This document shows positions 1-7,721 of a stretch of DNA of 64,000 nt, one piece after another. A program made the translations under genes and the position numbers. Source of the stretch: Rhodospirillales bacterium (lineage in GTDB: Bacteria > Pseudomonadota > Alphaproteobacteria > Rhodospirillales > UBA2165). Numbering within the stretch: position 1 is the stretch's first letter; every line of letters starts with the position of its first letter. The notes beneath the pieces were generated by a model. That model did not search any database, had not been told where the DNA came from, and worked only from the letters and a program-made list of their open reading frames with translations. The stretch is from contig JAJECC010000047.1 of NCBI GenBank assembly GCA_022822205.1, positions 6,628-70,627 on the forward strand, given 5' to 3'.

Positions 1-45
1 CGGGTCTTTCAGTTCGTGCATCGTATAAACGACATATGCCGCCAT
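1..45 (-). CDS. DUF1330-like small protein, 5' part only (runs off window start)
   Basis: Minus strand AAGGAGG-N5-ATG at 45, translation MAAYVVYTMHELKDP resembles DUF1330 N-termini; not in ORF track because truncated. Confidence 0.55.
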   Translation of the reverse strand, partial: MAAYVVYTMHELKDP

Positions 46-224
46 CCGTACCTCCTTCGCTGGCGAAGAGACTGTAGTACAAGGACGGCGTGGGTGGAAC
101 GGCGGCCGGTTACCGCCCCGGCAATGCCCGGCCGCCGTTGGCGCGGATAGTATCTTCGCCTTTACGCGCCGGATTCGCGTGATTAGGCTTTTGCCCGGAT
201 TGTCTAGTGATTGGGAGGTGGTTG

Positions 225-1346
225 ATGCCCGACATGCCGTCCATGGAATCCCTGCTCGGCGTCGAGACCGTCGATGACCTGCGGGGCTTGGCCCGCGACG
301 ACCTTCTCGACGCCCACGCCCGGGCTTGGGATTGGATCGCCGGCCCCGGCACGTGGCTTACCGGCGCCGAGCGCCTTGCCGTTGTGCTCGAAGTCCGGCA
401 AGCGGCAAAATGCGATTTTTGCCAAGCCCGCAAAGATGCGCTTTCACCCCTGGCCGTCGAAGGAGAGCATGACCATCTCGGTGAGCTGGACGATGCGTGG
501 GTCGAGGCGATCCACCGAGTTGCAACGGACTCGGGCCGCCTGTCGGCATCATGGGTGGACGGACTGATTGCCGACGGGTTGAGCGACGGAGCCTATATCG
601 AAATCGTCGGCTTGACCGCAATGACCAAGATGATGGATGCCTTTGCCTGGGCCGCCGATGTCGAGCCGCCCCTCCTGCCCCAACCCAGGGACGGTGCGGC
701 AAGCGGTTACCGCCCGCCCGGTGCGAAGAAATCCGACGCCTGGGTTGCCGTCGTCAAGCTGGAGGATGTCAGTGAAACCGACGGACCGCTCTACGGCGCG
801 ACCGCCGGCGGCGTCCATCAGGCCCTGTCCCTGGTACCTGACAGCAAGCGGGCGTTCTGGGCGTTAGGCGAACCGCACTACATCCCCATGGACGAAATCC
901 GCAATACGGACACCCGGGTGCGCGCGATCAGCCGAGCCCAGATCGAGATTTTGGCGGGCAGGACCTCGGCGCTTCACCAGTGCATGTACTGAACGACCTC
1001 GCACGCGATGATGCTCCGTGCGAGCGTCCAGGACACCGGCGCTGAATTCGACCTGACCTCTCTGTCCGGCGACGACGCCAAGGGCACGGTGCCGCACCAG
1101 AACCTATTGCTCGACTTCGCCGAAGCAGTGGTTCTCCGGGACCGGGACACCGCAGCGGCGTTGCGGCCCAAATTAATCGAGGCACTGGGACCCGCGGGTT
1201 ATCTCGACGCCTGCGCGGTTGTCGCCGGTTTCCACGGATTTACGCGCATCGCCGATGCATCCGGCGTACCTCTTGATGAACGCTATCTCGGCGACGCAGA
1301 GGATGTGAAGGCGCAGACAGGGGTGCGGGAATACGACCCGCGTTAG
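225..1346 (+). CDS. AhpD/carboxymuconolactone-decarboxylase-like alkylhydroperoxidase-related selenoprotein (about 373 aa, Sec at codon 256); merges ORFs 207..992 and 1008..1346
   Basis: Both ORFs are in the same frame, separated only by TGA 990-992; read-through gives SALHQCMY-U-TTSHAMMLR, matching the AhpD SxxNxCxYCxxxH motif; hairpin immediately 3' of the TGA; GGGAGG 213-218 before ATG 225; second CDFC motif near the N-terminus. Confidence 0.85.
993..1027 (+). promoter_or_regulatory. Bacterial SECIS-like hairpin
   Basis: CTCGCACG 998-1005 pairs perfectly with CGTGCGAG 1017-1024; GA 1007-1008 pairs with TC 1015-1016; loop UGAUGC 1009-1014 starts 16 nt after the UGA with G at position 2; ACG 993-995 pairs with CGT 1025-1027. 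Confidence 0.7.
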
Positions 1347-1351
1347 CCGGC

Positions 1352-2569
1352 CTAACGCCCCAGCAGCGCCCGGCCGCCGTTGGTGCGGGCGATATCCCAG
1401 TTCAATCCGAACTGCCGGCTGCCGGTCTGGGCATCGCGGAAGCAGCGCTCCAGAAAACCGCCGCCGACCATCTCACTGGCGCCCGCCGCATAAAACACCC
1501 GGTCGATGGCTTTCAGGGCCAGTTGGGCCACGAAGGCGTTGGCCAGGAGTCCCGGGCCCCGCTCCGGCGGAAACGGCGCGTTGCCGCCGGGAGAGAAATC
1601 GATCCCGCCCTCGCCGGTGGGCGGCGGCGCCTTCTCAAGCTGTGCCATGACTTTTTTCACGTGGCTGCGCAGCAGGGTCTCCGCGGCGTCGACTTCCACC
1701 GCCGACTCGCCGATCCGCATCTGCATACTCTGGAAATCGCCGACCCGGGCGCCGAAACGGGAGGCGCGTGACCGGGTCGTCTCAACGAAGTCGTCCACGG
1801 CGCCCCTTGCCAGCCCGACCATCACCGAGGCCAGCGAAAACGGCCCGCCGGGCGCGGTGACGCGAAACGCGGGCATGTCGATGATCCCGCCGGACGGCCT
1901 CCTGCCCGGGGAACGCACCCGGTGCTCGGGCACGAAGACATTGTCGAATTTGATGTCGTGGCTGCCGGTTCCCGCCAACCCAAGGGCGTCCCAGGTATCC
2001 AGGATCTCGATCTCGCTCTGTTTGACGATGGCGCCGATTGCTCCGTCCTCGCCGTCGACGGGCGCGCCGCCGATCAGCACCCAGTCCGAATGCAGGCACC
2101 CGCTCGAGAAAGTGGAGACCCCGCTGCCCGCATAGCCGCCGTCCACTTTCCTGAAGCTGCCCTCGATGTGCTTGGACGAAGACATCAGGGCGTCGGGGTT
2201 TTCGCGCCAGATATCGTCCATGGCGTCGATGCCGAACCGGTTCATGATCAGTGCGTGCTGACCGACGACGCCGTACACCCACCCGGTGGACCCGCAGGCG
2301 CGGGACAGGATCATGACCAGTTCGCAGAACACGTCCCACCCCATCTCGTAGCCGCCGTAAGCGCTGGGCTTGATCACGTTGAACAAGCCGGCCTCATGCA
2401 ATGACCGCATGGTCTCCTCGGGGATGCGGCGCTCGGCCTCGCATCGGGCGGCGCGCTCGCGGAGCTCCGGCAACAGCGCCAGCGCACGCCGCTTCAATTC
2501 ATCGGGTGTCGGGATGTCGCGGGCGGCGGCGCCATCGCCACCCTCGTTCTCGGCAGTAAACTGGTCCAC
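1352..2569 (-). CDS. Acyl-CoA-dehydrogenase-fold flavin-dependent monooxygenase, oxygenase component (HsaA/C2-HpaH-like)
   Basis: LRERAARCEAERRIPEE, FSSGCLHSDW, WDALGLAGTGSHD motifs; GTG start. Confidence 0.8.
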   Translation of the reverse strand: MDQFTAENEGGDGAAARDIPTPDELKRRALALLPELRERAARCEAERRIPEETMRSLHEAGLFNVIKPSAYGGYEMGWDVFCELVMILSRACGSTGWVYGVVGQHALIMNRFGIDAMDDIWRENPDALMSSSKHIEGSFRKVDGGYAGSGVSTFSSGCLHSDWVLIGGAPVDGEDGAIGAIVKQSEIEILDTWDALGLAGTGSHDIKFDNVFVPEHRVRSPGRRPSGGIIDMPAFRVTAPGGPFSLASVMVGLARGAVDDFVETTRSRASRFGARVGDFQSMQMRIGESAVEVDAAETLLRSHVKKVMAQLEKAPPPTGEGGIDFSPGGNAPFPPERGPGLLANAFVAQLALKAIDRVFYAAGASEMVGGGFLERCFRDAQTGSRQFGLNWDIARTNGGRALLGR

Positions 2570-2840
2570 GGAATTTTCCCCCGGAAGAAATAAATCGGCT
2601 TGAAATGCGAACTTGAAAAAATGAAATCGGAAATGAGTTGGGATCCTGGACGTAATTCTTAGCCCCTCGATCGGCCGAGGACAATCTGGTTAGCTCGGAC
2701 CATGAGCCGGCTGGCGGCGCCGATACCGGTTTGGAACTGAAGGCCGGGTATTTTTTTTCCATCGCTTCGACCGGCATTGCGGGGCGCGCGATTCCGGGCC
2801 AAACTTCCCGCGGGAAGAAGACAAACCACGGAGGGCAAAG

Positions 2841-4424
2841 GTGACAGACCATACCGTCACCATCGACCGCTCGGCGTCGCCGGCGACACTCGATTTTTCC
2901 GATACCTTCAACTGCGCGGTCCACATGATCGACCGCCATCTGGCCGAGGGACGCGGCGGCAAGGTCGCCTTCCGCGAGGCGCAGACGGGCCGCGACATCA
3001 CCTTTGCCGAGCTGGCCGAAAATGTAAACCGCACCGGCAACGCGCTTCTCGGACTGGGGCTCGAGCCCGGCGAGCGCATGCTGATGATGGTCAAGGACTG
3101 TCACGAGTTCGTCTATCTGTTCTACGGGGCCATCAAGGTAGGCGTGATCCCCGTGCCGTTGAACACCCTGCTGCGGGCCAAGGACTACGCCTTCATGATC
3201 GGGAACGCCGAAGCCGCCGGCGTGATCTACTCGCCCGAATTCGCCGGCGAGGTGGAACCCGCCCTGGATGACTGTCCGTACAAACCCGCTGTCGTCCTGC
3301 GGGTCGACGGCGACGGCGACACCCTGGCCGGCAGGATCGGCGCGGCCTCGGCGGAGGTCGAAGCCGCCGCCTCCGGCCCCATGGACGATTGCTTCTGGCT
3401 CTATTCCTCGGGCTCGACCGGCAACCCCAAGGGCGTGATCCACGTCCACCGGGATATCGCGGTTACCTGCGAGCAGTACGCCGTCGGCGTCCTCGGCTGG
3501 CGGGAAGACGATGTGGTGCTGTCCGCGGCCAAGCTGTTCTTCGCCTACGGCCTCGGCAATGCGATGAACTTCCCCCTGTGGATGGGCTCGACCGCCGTGC
3601 TGTTCGACGCCGCGCCGACGCCCCGGGGCATGCACGACACCATCGAGGCGTTCAAGCCCACCATCTTCTTCGGCGTCCCTACCCTGTATGCGGCGCAATT
3701 GAAGGAGTTGGAGCGGGGCGCATCGCCGGATCTATCGTCGCTCAGGCTCTGCGTCTCCGCCGGCGAGGCCCTGCCCCCTGATATATTGGATCGCTGGAAA
3801 GAGCGAATCGGCATCGACATCCTGGACGGCATCGGCACCACGGAAATTCTGCACATCTTCATCTCCAACCGGCCGGGCGACATCAAGCCGGGCGCGTCGG
3901 GCAAGCTGGTGCCGGGCTACGAGGCGCGGATCGTCGATGACGACGGCAATGACGTTCCCGGCGGCGAGGCCGGCGGGCTGATGATCAGGGGCGACTCGCT
4001 GCTCCGGGAATACTGGCGAAATCCCGAGAAAACCGCCGCCTCCCTCAAGGACGGGTGGATCGTCACCGGCGATACCTACGAACGGGACGGGAACGGCTTC
4101 TTTACCTGCCACGGGCGGTCGGACGACATGCTCAAGGTGGGCGGCATCTGGGTCTCGCCGGTGGAGATAGAGTTGAAACTCTCCGAGCATCCCAAGGTGC
4201 TGGAGGCCGCCGTCGTGGGGCGGGCCGACGACGACGATCTGATCAAGCCCGAGGCCTTCGTTGTCCTGAACGAGCCTTCGGATGCGGGCGACGATCTGGC
4301 GGTCGAATTGCTCAATCACTGCAAGGACGGGCTCGCCCGCTACAAGTATCCGCGCTGGTTCAACTTCGTCGATGACCTGCCAAAGACGGCGACCGGCAAA
4401 ATTCAAAGATTTCGCTTGAGATAA
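2841..4424 (+). CDS. Benzoate-CoA ligase family aromatic acid-CoA ligase
   Basis: YSSGSTGNPKG AMP-binding motif, KLFFAYGLGN, DGIGTTEILHIF, KTATGKIQRF; GTG start after GGAGGG. Confidence 0.9.
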   Translation: MTDHTVTIDRSASPATLDFSDTFNCAVHMIDRHLAEGRGGKVAFREAQTGRDITFAELAENVNRTGNALLGLGLEPGERMLMMVKDCHEFVYLFYGAIKVGVIPVPLNTLLRAKDYAFMIGNAEAAGVIYSPEFAGEVEPALDDCPYKPAVVLRVDGDGDTLAGRIGAASAEVEAAASGPMDDCFWLYSSGSTGNPKGVIHVHRDIAVTCEQYAVGVLGWREDDVVLSAAKLFFAYGLGNAMNFPLWMGSTAVLFDAAPTPRGMHDTIEAFKPTIFFGVPTLYAAQLKELERGASPDLSSLRLCVSAGEALPPDILDRWKERIGIDILDGIGTTEILHIFISNRPGDIKPGASGKLVPGYEARIVDDDGNDVPGGEAGGLMIRGDSLLREYWRNPEKTAASLKDGWIVTGDTYERDGNGFFTCHGRSDDMLKVGGIWVSPVEIELKLSEHPKVLEAAVVGRADDDDLIKPEAFVVLNEPSDAGDDLAVELLNHCKDGLARYKYPRWFNFVDDLPKTATGKIQRFRLR

Positions 4425-4442
4425 GGGTTATAAATATAAGAA

Positions 4443-5366
4443 ATGATTGAAAAAATTTGCTCTTTGAGTGACGCCGTCCGGGACCTGGTCCGGGATGGCG
4501 ACGGCGTGGTCATCGGGGCCTCTCTCGAGACCGCCATTCCCTTCGCCGCCACCTACGAGATCATCCGTCAGGGAAAGAAGAACCTGGAGATGATCGCTCC
4601 CATCTCGGATGCGTCCACGGACATGCTGATCGGCGCGGGCTGCGTCGGCACGGTGACCGGCGCCTGGGTCGGCAATGTTTCCGGCGGGCTTGGCCACAAC
4701 TACCGCCGGGCCGCGGAAAATCAGATTCCGCACGCCCTGGACATCAACGACTACTCCAACTTCACCATCGGCATGGCCCTGTTCGCCGGCGCCTATGGAC
4801 TGCCTTACGCGCCGGTGCGCTCGATCCTGGGCTCGGACATCATCAACTCCAACCCCGCCTTCAAGATGGCGACCAACCCCTTTTCCACCGAGACCGAGCC
4901 GGTGGTCCTGGTGCCGCCGGTGAAGCCGGATGTCGCGATTTTGGGCGTTCAGCGGGCCGATGCGGCGGGGAACAATCATTATTGGGGCTCGTCGGGCCTG
5001 GCCCAGGAGGCGGCGCTGGCCGCCGAACGGGTGATCATCGTCGCCGACGAAATCGTCGAGCCCGATGTGATTTCGTCCGATCCTTCGCGAGTCCTGGTGC
5101 CGGGATTCCGCGTCGCCGCCGTCTGCCACGTGCCGGCGGGCACCCACCCTGCCCCGCTTACCGGACGCTGGCAGCGGGACAGCGCCTTTTTCAACGATTA
5201 TCACGCACGCTCCCGCGACGTGGACGGCTACAAGGCCTGGCTCGATGAATGGGTGTTCGCCGTCGAGGACGCACCCGGCTATGCGAAAAAGCTCGGCGAC
5301 CGATTGTCGGCGCTCAAGATCGCCGGCAGCCAGGATGCGGCTCATGCCAATTACGCCGCCGAGTAG
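4443..5366 (+). CDS. Family I CoA-transferase subunit A (GctA/PcaI-like)
   Basis: SLSDAVRDLVRDGD, DYSNFTIGMALFAGAYGLP, PDVAILGVQRADAAGN. Confidence 0.85.
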   Translation: MIEKICSLSDAVRDLVRDGDGVVIGASLETAIPFAATYEIIRQGKKNLEMIAPISDASTDMLIGAGCVGTVTGAWVGNVSGGLGHNYRRAAENQIPHALDINDYSNFTIGMALFAGAYGLPYAPVRSILGSDIINSNPAFKMATNPFSTETEPVVLVPPVKPDVAILGVQRADAAGNNHYWGSSGLAQEAALAAERVIIVADEIVEPDVISSDPSRVLVPGFRVAAVCHVPAGTHPAPLTGRWQRDSAFFNDYHARSRDVDGYKAWLDEWVFAVEDAPGYAKKLGDRLSALKIAGSQDAAHANYAAE

Positions 5367-5398
5367 AATAAACAAGAAATAACAAATAGTTACGCGAT

Positions 5399-6157
5399 AT
5401 GGCCGACTATTCCACCCAAGAGCTGATGATTATTGCGGCAGCGCGGGAGATTCGTGACGGCGAGCTGGTGTTCGTCGGGATGCGCCTGCCGATCACCGCC
5501 TACGGCGTCGCCCGGCTGACCCACGCCCCCAACGCGGTCGGCATGTTCGAGGGCGGCGTGACGCGCTACGCGCCGGCGGAGGAAACCCTCTACACCATGT
5601 GCGATCCCGCCAATCAGCGAAATGCGGCGTGGACCACCGGCCTGATCCAGGTGATGGGACACCTGCAGGCGGGCCGGGTCGATGCGGGCTTCATCGGCGG
5701 CGCAGAAATCGACAAGTGGGGCAACATCAACACCTCCTATATCGGCGGCCATGAGGACGTCCAGGTGAAGCTGCCGGGCTCCGGGGGCGCGGCGGACATC
5801 GCCGCCATGTCGAGAAGGCTGATCGCCATCATGAACCACGAGAAGCGCCGTCTGGTGGAGCGGGTGTCCTACATCACGTCCCCCGGCTACATCGATGGCG
5901 AGGGCGGACGCGCCGAAGCCGGGATCGCCGTCGGCGGCCCCGCCGCGGTGATTACCGACAAGGCGGTACTTCGGCCCCACGGACCCCAGAACGAGCTTCA
6001 CCTATCGAGCGTGCATCCCGGCCACACGGCGGACGAGGTGATCGAAAACACCGGCTGGGAGCTGAAGACGGCCCCCGGCATGAGCGAAACGCCGGCCCCC
6101 GGCGAGACCGAGATGACGGCGCTGCATCAGGTGGACCGGGAGGGGTTCTGGCGGTAG
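5399..6157 (+). CDS. Family I CoA-transferase subunit B (GctB/PcaJ-like)
   Basis: FVGMRLP, MFEGG (catalytic Glu region), GGAEIDKWGNINTS, LPGSGGAADIA. Confidence 0.85.
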   Translation: MADYSTQELMIIAAAREIRDGELVFVGMRLPITAYGVARLTHAPNAVGMFEGGVTRYAPAEETLYTMCDPANQRNAAWTTGLIQVMGHLQAGRVDAGFIGGAEIDKWGNINTSYIGGHEDVQVKLPGSGGAADIAAMSRRLIAIMNHEKRRLVERVSYITSPGYIDGEGGRAEAGIAVGGPAAVITDKAVLRPHGPQNELHLSSVHPGHTADEVIENTGWELKTAPGMSETPAPGETEMTALHQVDREGFWR

Positions 6158-6163
6158 AGCGGA

Positions 6164-6625
6164 TCAATCCTGGCCGGTGAATTCTATGGCGCCGCCGGGC
6201 AGCAAATAGAGCACAAGAGCCTCGCCGCCGGAGACCGTCGGCTTATGCGCCGAGTCGGGCTCGTAGACCACCCAGCCGGCGCCGCTGCCGTCGAATTCGG
6301 CATCGCCCGACAGCGGCATCACCATGTCCACCTCGCCATTGGGATGCCGGTGGTGCGGGCCGACCACATCCTTCATCCGAACCACATCGACGGAGAACCC
6401 GTCGATATCCTTGATCACCCGGCCGAACTTGATGCCGCCCATCTCCCGGTCGCACATCCACCCCTCGGCCACCGCCGCCTCGCAGGCCGCCTGGATGGAT
6501 TTGAACGTTGCGCCGCCGGCGGGAAACCGGGCGTTGAGTTCGTCGGCCAGCGCGCCGGACACCTCCTTGCCGGAAATCGCGCCGGTGACCTCGCCGATTA
6601 GCGACTGAAAGTCTTCGAGTGACAT
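6164..6625 (-). CDS. DUF4863 family cupin-like protein (PnbB-like; often beside box/benzoate-CoA genes)
   Basis: GFSVDVVRM, GPHHRHPNGEVDMVMP, AHKPTVSGGEALVLYLLPGGAIEF. Confidence 0.75.
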   Translation of the reverse strand: MSLEDFQSLIGEVTGAISGKEVSGALADELNARFPAGGATFKSIQAACEAAVAEGWMCDREMGGIKFGRVIKDIDGFSVDVVRMKDVVGPHHRHPNGEVDMVMPLSGDAEFDGSGAGWVVYEPDSAHKPTVSGGEALVLYLLPGGAIEFTGQD

Positions 6626-6638
6626 GGTGTTCTCCCAT

Positions 6639-7085
6639 CTAAGTCATGCGTTTGCCGGCCGCCCGGTAGGCCTCGATGTTTTTCCGGAAATCATCGGGCG
6701 GCCGCACCGGCTTGAACCCGTCCAGGGTAATGAAACAGGCGGTGTGATTGAACCTGAGATAGTGGCTCCCGTCATCTCCCACCGCATCGACGATGAAGCT
6801 GATCGAAGCGTTGCCCAGGCGTTCGACGAAGACGTGGAGGTCGACTTCGCAGCCCGGCTTCAGGGGCAACATGAACTGGCATTCCTGCCTCACGCTCGGC
6901 ATGGCCATGTGCCGCTCGTACTTCAATCCGCCGAAATCGAGGCCCAGCACCTTCAGGTACCATGCTTCGAGGGTCTCCAGCAGGTAGTCGTAGACCCGGA
7001 CCGTGTAGATCATGCCCTCGGGGTCGCAGTCGCCCCACCGGACCCGGCGGCGGTAGGAAAACGGAACGTCGGTGTATGGACTCAC
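6639..7085 (-). CDS. Hotdog-fold acyl-CoA thioesterase (4-hydroxybenzoyl-CoA thioesterase family)
   Basis: 3' end of ORF 6639..7673; RVRWGDCDPEGMIY and VERLGNASI motifs; GTG start at 7085 avoids overlap with hcrC. Confidence 0.75.
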   Translation of the reverse strand: MSPYTDVPFSYRRRVRWGDCDPEGMIYTVRVYDYLLETLEAWYLKVLGLDFGGLKYERHMAMPSVRQECQFMLPLKPGCEVDLHVFVERLGNASISFIVDAVGDDGSHYLRFNHTACFITLDGFKPVRPPDDFRKNIEAYRAAGKRMT

Positions 7086-7129
7086 GGGTAATCGCAGGTG
7101 AATTGTGGTTGTTCTGTCGGAGCGGCTTG

Positions 7130-7149
7130 AATATGATGCATCACATATT
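7130..7149. promoter_or_regulatory. Palindromic operator candidate in the thioesterase/hcrC divergent promoter
   Basis: AATATG 7130-7135 and CATATT 7144-7149 are inverted; TGATGCATCA 7134-7143 is a perfect palindrome. Confidence 0.45.
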
Positions 7150-7214
7150 GTTCGTCTACCAAACAATTTCAAAAATCCGGTCCGCGAACCGGATCGGCTA
7201 CGGGATCTTGGATC

Positions 7215-7721
7215 ATGAGTGATGACGCGAAGCAATCGATCGTGCGCTCTACCCTGAACGGGCGGCCGCGGCGGGATTTCGTCCCCGACAATATGTTGCT
7301 GGTGGATTTCCTGCGCGAGACCGTGGGCCTCACGGGGACGAAGATCGGCTGCGACGGCGGCGAGTGCGGCTGCTGCACGGTCTTGATCGACGGTGAGCCC
7401 CGCCACGCCTGCCTTACCCTCGCCGCGGTTTGCGACGGCACCGAAATCGAGACCATCGAGAGCCTCGATACCGGGGGCCGGCTGGCGGCGATCCAACGCG
7501 GCTTCAACGAAAAGCTGGGCGCGCAATGCGGGTTCTGCACGCCGGGCATGGTGATGGCCGCCGAAGGCCTGCTGCGTGAAAACCCGAACCCGACCGACGA
7601 TGACATCCGGGCGGGCCTCGCCGCCAACATCTGCCGCTGCACCGGGTACGTGAAAATTCTCGAGGCGGTCCATTTCGCCGCCGATGAGCTCGCCGGGCGC
7701 AACAAGGAGGCCGCGGCATGA
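7215..7721 (+). CDS. hcrC: 4-hydroxybenzoyl-CoA reductase gamma subunit (2x[2Fe-2S])
   Basis: [16 protein letters not shown] and QCGFCTPG...NICRCTGY; overlaps next gene by 4 nt. Confidence 0.85.
   Translation: MSDDAKQSIVRSTLNGRPRRDFVPDNMLLVDFLRETVGLTGTKIGCDGGECGCCTVLIDGEPRHACLTLAAVCDGTEIETIESLDTGGRLAAIQRGFNEKLGAQCGFCTPGMVMAAEGLLRENPNPTDDDIRAGLAANICRCTGYVKILEAVHFAADELAGRNKEAAA

Noticed and set aside
990-992. Treating the AhpD-like and Prx-like genes as nonsense pseudogenes or split genes
   Set aside because: In both cases the stop is TGA at a catalytic Cys position, the frame is preserved and a hairpin follows; Sec recoding explains this better
1634-1648. parS-like TTTCACGTG inside the monooxygenase gene
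   Set aside because: Only a half match, right arm absent
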